Shown: piece after piece, positions 25,601-37,689 of the stretch
How the letters are laid out: each line of letters starts with the position of its first letter
How positions within the stretch are numbered: the stretch's first letter is position 1
Source: Haliotis cracherodii
Lineage: Eukaryota
Reading direction: 5' to 3'
DNA: 64,000 nt
NCBI RefSeq assembly: GCF_022045235.1
Contig: NW_027266270.1
Location: 21,390,001 to 21,454,000, forward strand
Made by a program: the position numbers and the translations under genes
Notes under the pieces: model-generated
Databases searched by the model: none
What the model saw: the letters and a program-made list of their open reading frames with translations, nothing else
Told to the model about the DNA's origin: nothing

Positions 25601-28600
25601 CTTTGTTTGACAATAATTTGACGTCTTTGACAAGTTCTCCATTAGAGGAGCATAATTTCTGATGACAATTCTATTAGATATTGAAAGATCAGAAAACAAT
25701 GCCTCACTTATAGATTGAAAATCATCTCTCATTTTTCCGTCTAACTCTTCAAATTGATTTTTAAATCCTTTCATTTTTTAGGTAAGATGAAAATGATACA
25801 GACTTCCCTCATATTTTAATGAAGAATGCATTGTAACCCCCATTCACTTCTTCTTGTATTTTCCTCATCCTTTGAGTTATGTATATCTTGCACAGGAATG
25901 TTTTTACCCCATAAGTTCATGAACTCTTTTTTCGTTTATATTTCCCCACCAGCGCCCGACAGTTAGTCGAGATTATGTGAATTCTGTTATCCATTTTCCG
26001 CTAAAGGTTCATGGTAATAAGTTGGTTTTGTTTGGTCTTATGTGTTTGTGCAGAGCTTACTGAACTGGACATTTTCAAATACTTAAGAATTGACCTTCAC
26101 TTTGTGTGAGTTCATTGGAGTATGAACCTTCATAGAGTGAGGGCCAAACTGTATGAACGTCGGAGCTTGCGACGACGTTCATACAATGTTTGGCCCTCAC
26201 TCTATGAAGGTTCATACTCCAATGAACTCACACAAAGTGAAAGTCAATTCTTATAATTTTTATATCACAATTTCTTACCTCAAAGGATGTAGGCCAAGAT
26301 CTAAACACAATTTTATTTAATACGTGTGACTTCATGTTTACACTGACAGCCATACAACAACCAGCTATATCGCGGAGTAAAATAGTTCCTCAAAAAGAGA
26401 GGTGACATGGGCGTATGGATGCACAACTTGCTCTACAGAAACATCTTAAGCAGCACGTGTGTTCAAATCATATCCTCATTAGATGAGAAAGGTCTGTAAA
26501 GAACTACCTCAGTAAGTCAGTCACAATGACAGCGCGTCGTACAAGTACAAGACGTCAAAATGGCCGAAACGATAAACGTGACGGGAGAGATTTCAGAAGT
26601 TGTTAATGAACGTGTGGCGGTTACATGTGTTAGTCATCATTGATCAACTGGCCGATGATTGAAAGGTGAATAAAGATGCGTCAAACAGACACTAAGGTAA
26701 ATTCATAGATTGCTGGAGACGGTCAATGTCAGCCTAGGCACGGATCGGGTCGACACTACGATTGTTTAGATGTGCATTTCATCGGTTTTTAGGCCGCAGC
26801 GAGGATATTCGTGAACAATCATGCAGTCACCCTCTCTGATATTTCTCAATGTATACTGAAACGCTGAGACCAAGAATAAAGGTTCTAAATGATCAGAAAG
26901 AAACGCTTATTTGTGTTTTCGTGCTAGGGAATTCCCAGGGGTTTTCCCAGGAATGTGGAAGTAGTCCGTCAGTGTTTACGTCATTTCAAAAACACGGTCT
27001 CGTGAGAAACGTATGAACGTCAAATTGTGTCGTTCATACACTTATGAACGTCAATTTCGCGGTCATGTGACCGCTCTCTCGTCCAATGGAAAAGCCGTAT
27101 ATCGTGTAAACTTCAAATTAAAAAATTATATTGAAATAAATCAATTCAACATAGTGTTCAGAAGACAAAGAAAGGTAGCTTTGGTTGTGCATGAAGACTA
27201 TCCATATATCAGAACAATGTAGGCCCTAATGAACCCCAGTGGACCAGTGTCAAAATATATGACATGTGTCAATGGGATACAGTAGTAATAGTTTACGTAT
27301 TTTGGAATATAAGTACATCTACTACAAACAGTGAATTAGATGACACTAATACTGTGCTCGAGTAAGGCGTTAATTCATAGCGATCAGCATGTCCGACCGC
27401 CATCCGTTTTCGGAGCAGAACTCTTAAACCGTTGCGAATTTCTTGTTGAAACTTGCTATATATAGGGCCCTGTTCCTCAAGCCAACCTTAGGGCTAAGGT
27501 GATCGGAAGTTCTGAGATTTCAATCTTAAGCCTTAGTTAAGGGTAGCATACTGTTCTACGAAACAGCTAAGTTTAGCTGAAGTTACGATCAAAACCTCAG
27601 GTTGATCCTGCCCAACCTTAACTCACAATTCACAAGACCCGTGAAGATAAGGGATAGAGTCTGGACCAGACAATCCCGTGATTTACATCATGAGTATCGT
27701 TCCACGCAATTGGTGTGAGTGAACATTTAACATCGCATCAGCATTATTTCAGCCATAAAGCGACGAGACCAAGTTGATACATTCACAGATTGTTCATTAA
27801 TACAGAGTTATATTTAAACACAATTTATGAAACATACTTGAGCATACAATATTTAATACCAAGTCATGAAACAAGTTTGAGCATAAAAGTAACCAAAGCT
27901 AGGCCACCTCGCTGGAGATCATGGGGACTTACAGTACCTCTGGTTCCTGCATGATACCCAGCAGAATTAACGTCATCACTTCAGCTGCTGGTGGTTGTGC
28001 ACAATTGGGATACGATGACATGCATCAACCAACTCAGCGAACCTGACCATGCGATCCCGTTAGTCGCCTCTTACGACAAACAAAGTCGCCTTCTACGGCA
28101 AGCATGGGTTGCTGAAGACCTACCCCGGATCTTCACGGGTCAAACTGCAAATGTTTTACTTAGTGACGTAAATGGAATATGACCACAACCGACATTGATA
28201 CACATGTTTGAGAATTATCCCCCAATAATTCGACACTTTCAAGACATATGTGATGATCATACAAATTTATACAGTTGAGGCATGTTTCGTTTTCGTCTTG
28301 CTTTTCGTTCCGTTATTGGATTCATATCTTTGGAGAACTACTCCAATGTGTTGACGTCACATTATTTATTGTTTAGTGTGTTTTCCTTTAGGAGGAATTA
28401 AATCGAGCCCATAATCATATGTACACACAGATATCAAGCAACACATAGGCGTGCAAAGAAGGTTGTAAACAATGTGGTCGAAGTGCTCACCGTTTATGTT
28501 TAGAAATTATATTTGATGATTTTCATAAATCGGGACTCACAAATTATGTTAGAAATAGATAATAACGTCCCAAACTGTAATGCTTTTAACAAATGTCGAG

Positions 28601-30494
28601 TAATGGTTTCAGAAGACGATGTCGTACAACATTACGACTGCAACCTCAGCACTAGGTTTGGCACGCCTAGTTGAGATCGAGTTGAGGTTGCTTTGTGAAA
28701 CGGGCGTAACATCAGATTAAGCTTACCTTAATTCTAACCTCAGTGGTAAATGTTCGCCTTACCAATGGTTCTTTTAAGGAATGGGGCCAAGATCAGTCTT
28801 GTGCAGAGCTGGTGCCATTTCGATTTTTTAAAAAAAATTTAAACATATTTATGGAACAAGTTGGACCTATATCAAAATCAGGTTCCTGCTCGTTTCCGGA
28901 TCAGAATTTATACCTTTCAATGTTTCGATTTGAACACATTGCAACACAGATCAGTCTTGTGGTAAGCAAGTGCCTATTGATGATTTGGATTATTAATTAA
29001 ATTTTGGTATAATTTTAATATTGTTTTCATGACGACAAGACTGAAACTACAAATGGGGGTAGTGCTCGTTTCCGGAGCGGAACTCAAAAACTGTTGAATA
29101 TTTCCTGAATGATTGATTATTTGTTTGTTGTTTAACGCCGCACTCAGCAATATCCCAGATATATGACGGCGGTCTGTAAAAAATCGAGTCTGGACCAGAC
29201 AATCCCGTGGATGATATCACAAGTATCGATCCACGCAATTGGGATACGCAACTTTCTATACAGATCAGTCTTGTGGTAACATGGTACCTTTTGATAATTT
29301 TGGTTGGTTGGTTTGTTGTTTAACGCCGCACTCAGCAATATCCCAGCTATATGACGGCGGTTTGTAAATAATCGAATCTGGACCAGACAATCCAGTGATT
29401 AATGTCATGAGCATCGACCCACGCAATTGGGATCGATGACATGCATCAACCAAGTCAGCGAGCCTGACCAACCGATCCCGTAAGTCGCCTTTTACGACAT
29501 GCATAGTCACCTTTTACCGCAAGCATGGGTTGCTAAAGACCTATTCTACCCCGGAATCTTTACGAGGATGATAATTTTGGATTTGTGTTTATTTTGTATT
29601 GTTTTTCAGTTTCATAAAGATATTTTTGAGTTTTCTGAAAATGAGCGTAGTGTCACGTTGTCAGTTACTCAAACTTCTTCGTGCAACAATGCTGCTTTGT
29701 GATGGTTACCAATACAACGACAATGTGTCTGTTCATCTTTCATCTCTTTCATGCATTGAAGGTATATTAAGCAATTTCTAGATGATTGAGGTCCATTTTC
29801 TATCATTGTTCCTTGTTAAAAATGTTTTAAGAACCCACTGGGCACGTAGCGATCGCAATATATAAAGCAACCGACTTTCCAACATACTAACAGACTATTT
29901 GTAGTAAATAATGTACATTTACCTGAATTATATAACGTCTCCAAACATCTATGAATCAGACTTAATTTCTAGTATTCGTGATAGGCATAAATTATACTTC
30001 AATATCACGCCTAGCCACGACTGAGATTCAAGTATGAAGAAAACAACTGATAAATATTTTTGTTTAAAATTGGAACATCGAGTGTGCAAGATCATCGACA
30101 GTTCGTCATTAAACTGCCTAAAATTGCTGGGAACGGTAGAATTTGTCTTATTACTGTGACTTATATTATTCATAACTCCAGCTTGTCGTAAAAGGCGACT
30201 AACGGGATCAGGTGGTCAGGCTCGCTGACTTGGTTAATGCATGTCATCGATCCCAATTGCGTGGATCGATGCTCATGATATTAATCACGGGATTGTCTGG
30301 TCCAGACCCTATTATTTACAGACCGCCGTCATATAGCTGTAATATTGCCGAGTGCGGCGTTAAGCAACAAGCCAACCAACAACCAAATCATAACTCAAAA
30401 TGGATTACATGTTAAGTAACTGACGTAAATGTTAGATACCCAAGCAAATAAACAACTTACCCAGAAGAAGCACCATCACGCAAAATTTAAACAT
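19555..30494 (-). CDS. Six-exon gene for a 169-aa predicted GPI-anchored protein with two six-Cys (RGM-N/neuritin-like) domains; join(30461-30494, 24413-24494, 23558-23679, 20958-21033, 19886-20013, 19555-19622)
   Basis: Exons of 34+82+122+76+128+68 = 510 nt, all GT-AG, phases 1,2,1,2,1, no internal stops. Protein: MFKFCVMVLLLVYFSPTSADTCDSCKSTYGTPAAGAKCDDLKMYLTCLETSAKGNAGCPLPAADAGSIETDYTGDNCSASFTDTCVCQKEFWKTDQSAGDAAVCSAAQTYIACLKGKTTLACDGTSNVTTLATGVETRMNALTTPACGGAVVTFAMTSLIVSVLVNMFL*. Confidence 0.88.
19886..20013 (-). CDS. Exon 5: second half of domain 2
   Basis: ttgtccatag|T GCC GCC...TGT G|gtaaac; AAQTYIACLKGKTTLACDG...PAC. Confidence 0.88.
20163..20253 (-). mobile_element. 5'-truncated SINE family A with TSD gacgcaaata
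   Basis: Tail plus core, with gacgcaaata repeated on both sides. Confidence 0.8.
20449..20619 (+). mobile_element. tRNA-derived SINE family A
   Basis: ggggcggtgccgtggccaagtggtta...gacccgggttcgattcccc...(ctca)n. Confidence 0.88.
20958..21033 (-). CDS. Exon 4: first half of domain 2
   Basis: gtacttccag|CA TTT ACG GAC ACC TGT GTT TGT...TGC AG|gtaat; FTDTCVCQKEFWKTDQSAGDAAVC. Confidence 0.88.
21419..22980 (+). mobile_element. 5'-truncated I/Nimb-group LINE (RNase H + C-terminal Cys/His motif + 3' UTR) in intron 3, 10-bp TSD
   Basis: IFTDGSK, SIFTAE, FSDSLS and WLPSHVGIKGNTMAD (RNase H), then CIPC..TVKHVLLDC. (ctca)n tail. TSD actccattaa at 21409-21418 and 22981-22990. Confidence 0.93.
23558..23679 (-). 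CDS. Exon 3: second half of domain 1
   Basis: ttctttttcgcag|T GAT CTG AAG...GCA T|gtaggt; DLKMYLTCLETSAKGNAGC...DNCSA. Confidence 0.88.
24413..24494 (-). CDS. Exon 2: end of signal peptide and first half of domain 1
   Basis: ttcttttccag|TT TAC TTT...TGC GA|gtaagt; VYFSPTSADTCDSCKSTYGTPAAGAKC. Confidence 0.88.
26084..27130. mobile_element. Non-autonomous element beginning with a ~79-bp-arm hairpin (Crypton-like)
   Basis: Near-perfect palindrome at 26084-26253, then ttttatatcac. The hairpin core (tatgaacgtc) recurs at 27011-27052, followed by gtcatgtgac. The right boundary is approximate. Confidence 0.55.
27466..28788. mobile_element. Degenerate MITE (GGCCC termini) with nested SINE and LINE insertions
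   Basis: ggccctgttcctcaa ... taaggaatggggcc, with internal cttaac/gttaag short repeats near both ends. Confidence 0.45.
27713..28000 (-). mobile_element. Nimb LINE 3' UTR and tail inserted into a family-B SINE
   Basis: Matches 22650-22980 in reverse (ggggacttacagt, ttcctgcatg, tail). It splits a SINE at a duplicated caattgg. Confidence 0.7.
29119..30386. mobile_element. Three family-B SINEs in intron 1 (about 29119-29250 -, 29301-29567 -, 30178-30386 +); another at 24931-25088 +
   Basis: Each matches the family-B consensus and generates spurious 'MVRLADLVDACHRSQLRGS' ORFs. Confidence 0.88.
30461..30494 (-). CDS. Exon 1 (coding part): signal peptide start MFKFCVMVLLL
   Basis: ccagtcATGTTT...CTG G|gtaagt, preceded by a short 5' UTR and a TATA box. 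Confidence 0.82.
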
Positions 30495-30545
30495 GACTGG
30501 TAATGTGTGCCTGAGAACCGTTTCTTTGTCTGGACGGGGATACTC

Positions 30546-30578
30546 TGCGAATGACATCAGTGCGTCCCCGTATTTATA
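30546..30578 (-). promoter_or_regulatory. Core promoter: TATAAATA (30578-30571) with an Inr-like TCATTC about 26 nt downstream
   Basis: Canonical TATA box 84 nt upstream of the ATG at 30494. Confidence 0.7.
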
Positions 30579-31624
30579 ACGCCTGTCTCCATAGCACCGA
30601 AATGTTGTGTCACATGGCCTGAACATAATAGTAATATGATCTCGACAATTTCAATAATATACATTTAGACATGGGATGGAATTTGAGGAAGCTACAACTT
30701 CAAAATATTTGCTGATATCAATTGAGTGATAGAGTAAATGATTTTGACAATGTGTTAACGCCACAATGAATCTTAAAACCAAATTCAATAACATTAATCA
30801 TGAAGCAACATATACAACAATGTTTACAAATTATATTATGAAGAAACTGGGTGTTTCCAAAACAGTTGTTTGTGCAGGTCATATGCATACGTCGATCAGA
30901 TGACGGCATACCAACGTGGAGAACATGCAATACAACCAAGGGCAACAGTGTCAACTACGAGGGAGACAGATCATATGGAGATATGAGACAAAGACACGCA
31001 AGACGTCCACTGATAATAGTACCAGCAATGATTCCCAGCGGATCAGTGTCTCCATTAGTCCTTTGAATCATAACACCAAGTCATAGACGAGTGCACATGT
31101 GTCTGTCACACCCAAAGATCATCCATATATGTAACTCGTTACAGGCAGGACTTGGCATGACGCAACTTGCTGGTACATCTACAAAGAAGCCAACAACTCC
31201 ACGTTATTGTGTGCTCCTGCCCTGCAGTGCTTGGTATCTGGTGAATGATTGAAATATTGTCGTGATGTTAGTGATGTAACGAACCAAAAAAATAAAGTAT
31301 ACGGTGTCAAATAAGAAACGCAACATTGCTCACAAGTAACTGGTTTTAGTCTTGAATAGTTTTATGGTTAAAAAACCCATTCTGGTTTATAGTTGAACAG
31401 GGTTTTTAACGTTGTTATTCTTGTATTTTCGATAAGATTCGAATGTGGGTGGAGAATATCAGATCTTTTTCTAATGAAGTTATAAAAACATCAATTTATT
31501 ACCTTGGACTCGCTGGTAAAATGTTTTTCATTATTATAAGTCCAGTGTAAAGTAACAAAGTAAAACAATTTGAATTCATGCTGTTGATTTTCTCAGGATA
31601 ATGGTATTGTCTAAAGGAACTACA

Positions 31625-32540
31625 TAAGACTGAATCCTGCTGGGAACCGTGCAGGTAGCAGAAGTATTGTAAATCCCCATGGTACTTAGCATGGTGGCCT
31701 AACTTTGGTTGGTGGCGATGTATAGGCCTTTTTTATATTGTATTATTAAATCATAGTTTATTCGTTTACATGCAGTCAAACTAGTTCTAAATAACCTACT
31801 TATTTCTACTGTCATTAAATCGTAACTCACACACTCACACACTCATATTAGACTGAAATACACATAAAAAGCTTTGTTGTGTTGTCTATATAATCGTTTA
31901 CAGTCGGGTAGTCTTTTCCGGTGTGTGTCTGCATCTGCCTTGTGGGTACACGTTGGCCGACAGGATGCATATGACACTGCAGTTCCGAAATAACTAGCGA
32001 AAGACTGGGGAAGACAACAATACAATTTCTGTCCGAAATATCTGGTTGGAGACTGACTACAATACCTTTTCGTAGTGCATGTGCATGCGTAATTTGATGT
32101 CTGTTGTCGAAACTAAGCTACATATGTTAATTACAGTTTGACCCTTCAAACCAAATCGATAACATCAATCTAAATGATACACGCTTTGACTGAAACACGA
32201 CTTTAACATTGGTAGAACAAATTGGATAACTAAGATTGGTAGTGGCTGCACCCAGAAGGGGGTTGAAGAGGTGTAAAAGGATTGTCCCCCGGAGATGGTA
32301 CATAACTCCACGTCATTCACAGTATATTTATTACTACCAAGTTTTTAATCGCAGAATATATGTTCTTTTAATTCGGCGAAATTGACAATAATCGCCAAAA
32401 CCTGAAGAGGGGTTGCAAATCCTGCTGGGGCCCATGCAGGAAGCTAAAGAACTGTAAGTCCCAATGGTCCGTAGGATGGTGATCTACCTTCAGCGGCTGG
32501 CTATCTGTAGCTCTATTTTAAAAGGTATTGTTCTGTATAG
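31625..32540 (+). mobile_element. Two Nimb-LINE 3' UTR fragments (about 31625-31750 and 32212-32540)
   Basis: Similar to 22450-22780 (gtggctg.accc...ggggttgaag; aatcctgctggg..ccatgcagg.agc; gtaagtccc.atggt). Confidence 0.7.
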
Positions 32541-33456
32541 TGATGTATGTTTATGGTTGGTTGGTTGGTTGTTTTTTTGGTTTAACGCCGCACCCAGCAA
32601 TATTCCAGCTATATGACGGCGGTCTTTAAATAATCGAGTCTGGACTAGAAAATTCAGTGATTAATATCATGAGCATCGATCCACGCAATTGGGATCGATG
32701 ACATACATCGACCAAGTCAGCGAGCCTGACCAGTCGATCCCTTTTGTCGCCTTTTTCGAAGTATGGGTTGCTGAAGAGCTATTCTAATCCCGTTAGGTAA
32801 AACAACAGAGCCAACATCAGCAGGAAAATGTTGAACAATTCTTCATGAGCTGGTATGATACAAATCTGATGATACAGGTGGCTGAAGAATTTGGCTTTGA
32901 TGTTAAAGATCAGTTCAATTATTATCTAGATGTTTTGTAGATACTGATCGCGAGGAGTCAAAATAACCATCCGCCTTGTCTCAGTAGACAGGACTTCCTT
33001 ACCCTTTTCGTGAATACCTGGTGTCATCAGTGATCCATTGATATAATGTTCATCTCTATCTTGTCTTTTGCTCCCTGTGGCATTGCATAATCGAAACCGC
33101 CGCCACATAGCTGGAATATTGCTGAGTGCGGCGTCAAACAACGAACCAACCAACCAAGCATAATCGAAACTGTTTTTTTCTCTGGCGTTCACGTTCGATA
33201 TTTGTAATCATTTGTTTCGCTTGACGTTAGGAATTTGACGACACACGCTGTTGGTGTGCATCATATAACAGGTCGATACATTTCACGATTTCACCTTTGA
33301 TTTACGACCCATTCAACATTTAGACGCAAGCAACGAGGTTATCTGTTGATTCAGCGTCACTACTTTTTTCAGAGGGTGTGAGCTATTGGTCACTTAGCGT
33401 GATGCTAAAACAGAATTAGGCATGCAATAAAATTAAAATTGATATTACAGTTAATA

Positions 33457-34774
33457 TACTCATCAAAACAAGAAACGCAAAACGGATATTTGTGGCCATA
33501 AAAGCAAAATTAGCGGACCAAGATGCGCAAAATGAAGAGGTTTCATATGTTATAGTGTCAGTGACAAATTTCCCGGGTCAAAATGATCACAAGAACATGT
33601 AATACATTAGCCGGGAAACACCTACGATTCCGAAAAAAACACCCAGTGTATTAACACATTGGCCACGTAATGCACGTGCCGCAGCACTATGAACGGTAAT
33701 AAAAAGCAGGGTTTTTGATTGCCAGAGTTTTCAATGTAGCGCCCAGCACCATCACAAGGCTATGGGATCGATTTCAACAGCAACATGTGACCGGCCAAAG
33801 TCGGGACGACCAAGAGTAACCACCCCCGCCCAAGATCACTACATCCGACTGCGCCACCTACGCGAAAGGACGACCACAGCCACCTCAACCGCATCCCAAA
33901 TACCTAGTGTGCGCAGAATCTCAAACCAGACAAAACCGCTTAAGAGCAGCAGGTCTACGAGCAAGACGTCACGCTCGACGCGTCAAATTGAGCCGACAGC
34001 ATCGTCAACAACGACTGCATTGACGTCGTCAACACAGGGTATGGTCTCAGATGCGATGGAGAGATGTCTGGTTCAGTGACGAATCAAGATTTCTCCACCG
34101 TTGAGGGGATGGAAGATGACGGGTCTACAGACGTCGGGAAGAACGTTTAGCCGGAAACTGCGTACAGGAAGTGGACAGGTTTCGTGGAGGTGGTTATCTC
34201 CCATCATGGCAGGTTTGGTCCATATCCAGGGCAATCTTACGGCTCAAAGATACATCAACGAAATTCCCCAAACCACTCGTCCTCCCAATTGCAACCAACG
34301 TGTATTCCAGCAGGACAACGCTCGACCCCATACAGCAAGGGTCACAAGAGCCTGTCTACACAACAACAACGTTGATGTTCTCCCCTGGCCCTCCAAATCC
34401 CCGGTTTTGAGCCCGACAGAGCACCTGTAGGATGAAATGTATAGACGGCGTCAACCACAACCCAAGACGTTGCAGCAGTTGGCTTTTGCGTTGCAGGCCG
34501 AGTGGGCTACAATTCCCCAGGATGTGATTCGCATACTCGTCTCTTCCATGGGCAGGAGATGTCAGGCCGCCATCGATTCCAACGGGGGACATACGCGTTA
34601 TTGATGATACCTGACCTTCACTTTCGACTGTTCCTATATGCCGAGAACTGAGATGACTACAATCACCAAGTGTTCTCTCCACAATATTTTGGCTTAACAT
34701 TGTACAGTTCCTCGTTTAAATGTATTTTCCTACCTCACACTAATCTGGCTTTGCTTTTCTCTTTTTGAAAAGTA
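33457..34774 (+). mobile_element. Tc1/mariner transposon, degenerate
   Basis: TA-flanked TIRs tactcatcaaaacaagaaacgcaa / ttgcttttctctttttgaaaagta. Motifs GRPRVTT, FSDESRF, FQQDNARPH, WPSKSPVLSPTEHL and GGHTRY*. Frameshifts and a 5' deletion. Confidence 0.9.
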
Positions 34775-36494
34775 TATTATCTGAAAATGTCGTTTGGAAA
34801 ATCACAAACTTAATACCACGCTTGTTGTCAATGGCGTGGGCCAAATGAATACCAACACATTCGCAGATTAGGTGTTGTCCCCCTAAGACCTTTTCCCCCT
34901 ATTCAGAAAAAAAAGATTGTTGTTTGTTTAACGCCGCACTCAGCAATATTTCAGCTATACGACGGCGGTCTGGAAATAATCGATTCTGGACCAGACAATC
35001 CAAGTATTGATATCATGAGCATCGATCTACGCAATTGAGATAAGATGTCATGCATCAACCATGTCACCGAGTCTGATCACCCGATCCTGTTAGTCGCCTT
35101 TTGTGCTGTTACTGTGTCAAATTACACCATTCGGGTGATGTCAGGCACGCAGTCGTCCGTCCTGTCAGCTCGAGATCTATGTCCTGGACGATCGCTCGCC
35201 TTTCCAGATATTCCGGATGGTGTAACGTTACGACAGTTTCGAGAATTCCAACATACTGATATTTGGGATTCACCGCGCATAACACCTGACTACATACAAT
35301 ACTGAATAATGTGTACACCTAAGTTGTGCCAGGTCAACATTACAGTACAATTTCAAGATCACCCAACTTGGCAATAAATCATTGATGAAATCACAACATT
35401 AATATTTGAGACATTTTCTTTTAGAATACATTTTCATTGCGATATCAAACCCTTCATATAACGAGGTTGCTTCCAGACCAACGACCAACTGTACATACAC
35501 GCGACCAAAAAAATCCCTTATAAAACCAAAGGGATGACTGTTGTTAACTGTTTTGCATGCGTTTTTTGTGTGGTTAGGTTTTGATTTTTTCCATTTTAGG
35601 TATATAGTAAGAGCCACAAACTTCCTAACCTTCACATGATTTACTGAAGCAACAGTGTATTTGAAAGTTGAAATAGTTAATACATAAGTTGTACAATGAA
35701 TATTACACCCATGTACCAAGTTGCAAATATACGAATAAAAAAATGACCAGATGACATACATTGAACGCCTCTGACTGACAGAGAACATACGATCACAAAT
35801 ATAATGATGTTGCAAAATACAATAAAAGCAACCAAAAACATTTATTTTCCATAATCATAAGGAATCATTCCTAAAAGAAGAGTCCATTGTATAATTCCGA
35901 CAATAACATGACCAGATAAGTATTCATCAAGGGTGTTCTCAGATAATAGAAAACACCTGTAAAAAGCACAATATATTTCTTAATTGACGATAACGTCGGT
36001 TCAAAATATCATGCTAACAATTGGAATCATAATTTTGAAACGATGGAAATTGTCTGTCACAGTAATACATTGGTGCAAGCTGTCTTAAAAACAAAATATT
36101 TAGAGACATAAGTTTAATGAAGAAAATCTGTTTTTTTTGCAACTGTACCTTAAAAAAAATATCTGGTCTCCATACAAGATATGATAATGAAATCCTCTCG
36201 GCTGAGGGGGCCTGAGTAGTATTGGATGCATATCGATCCGTTGTTGTTTAACAGTGTCATGACCTTTCGTATGACCTTATGATTGTTTACAAACCACCGT
36301 CGTACAGCAGTTCCTCGTGGAGTACTTCTGCGCGGCGTCAGCCACCATACAAACTGTAAATGTAATGCAAATTGTGTGAGAGGTGGGTGCAAGCAGTATG
36401 GCTGGACATGTTTTATATTTTTGCAACGTCGGTGTCATCGATTTCAGTAATCCATTCATATAATGACTACCACTATATGCCTTTTACGCTCTCT

Positions 36495-36660
36495 GGCCGT
36501 AGGGCGGAAGGTCGGCAGTGCGATCTCCGACCTCGTCATACCTAAAGACGTTACAGGAACGTACTTGTTGTTACACTGCCTGGCGCTCGGCATTAAGGGG
36601 TTAAAACGATGATTGGTCACAGCTCAGAATCAGTATACTGTGTTTGTGTCAGGCATTCAT
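36495..36660 (+). mobile_element. Old tRNA-derived SINE with a Meta-like central domain
   Basis: gtcatacctaaagac...cctggcgctcggcattaaggg...gaatcagtatactgtgt resembles metazoan Meta-SINE cores as I recall them. Confidence 0.5.
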
Positions 36661-36802
36661 ATTAAATTGTAAAACTAGTTTTCAAAGACAGCATACATCA
36701 TCACTGAAAGGCAAAAGAAACATCATCATGAGAGTATCCACACATCACGCTCATGTGGGTTAAGCTATAAATAATAACGTAGCTGTCCGCCTTGCCCTGA
36801 AG

Positions 36803-37075
36803 TGTGAATGAGTGAGTTGGGTTTAACCCCACTTTTAACAGTATTCCAGTTATATCGCGGCGTGTCAGCTTAATGTGGGAGGAAAGCCCGAAGTGATGCA
36901 GGTCTCAGACGTTTACCACTTTGGTGAAACCCACGAGCACGGGTATGGTGCTGACAAACCTAGAAACATAATCGGGGCGAACCAGGATTCAAACCTAGGT
37001 TTCTTGCGTGCCCAAGGGACGCAGCTCTGCACAGAGAATCGCGGCGCCTTAGAAGACTGGGCCACGCGTGCACCC
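36803..37075 (-). mobile_element. SINE family C (tRNA head + V-domain, RUDI-like)
   Basis: Head gtggcccagtcttctaaggcg...ggtttgaatcc, V-like gtttgtcagcacc...gggctttcctcccac, and a Nimb-type tail. Another degenerate copy lies at about 52205-52470. Confidence 0.78.
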
Positions 37076-37689
37076 TGGCCTGAAAATGTTCAGCGACATA
37101 CATATTGTTCTGGTGATTACTCACAGTTATCTTCGTCAGTAAGATGCCGATAAGGCACATGAATCACGGCAATTTGCTGTTCCACTCTTGACACTTGCCA
37201 AGCATGACACAATTACAACGTATTAATTTCACGTGTTAATATTCAGGCTGTTTGTAATTACCATGACAACGTCATACCTTTAAATGTGACTGTTATTTTT
37301 AAACAAATTAGATTTGTCACATTATTAATATAATTATGAATATGGTTATTTGCATTTTACATGTTGTTCAAGTGCCACACTGCTACTATGGATTGTAGAT
37401 ATTTTGCCGTTGCAATGCTACCAAACGTGACAACCTTTGTCAATGAGTGGACAAAAGTTGTAACACACTAACACATAATCTTTCTTGAACAAAAAGATGT
37501 AAATGTATATTTAAAACGCAAATGAATGCATAAACTGTACTGTACACGTGGTAAGCTTGGCACATTGCTTTCTACGGAGATTTCAAAGAACGTGATGCGA
37601 CCCTTTCTCAACAGTTGTTTCATCAAGCTTTGAGCATTCACGCCTTTGTATATATTATCAATTCTATTATATTCAGATCAAAATAACTT

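Noticed and set aside
25583-25990. Coding-like minus-strand relic in intron 1
   Set aside because: Probably transposon debris; I could not assign a family.
29265-29510. Recurrent 'MVRLADLVDACHRSQLRGS...' ORFs that look like a gene family
   Set aside because: They are translations of SINE family B in varying frames, with no conserved start or stop.
30880-31250. Cys-containing frames (WHDATCWY, ECTCVC)
   Set aside because: Stops in all frames and no consistent domain signature.
31902-31976. Possible minus-strand exon SYASCRPTCTHK...
   Set aside because: It lies upstream of the TATA box and exon 1, has a weak acceptor and cannot be joined into a gene model.
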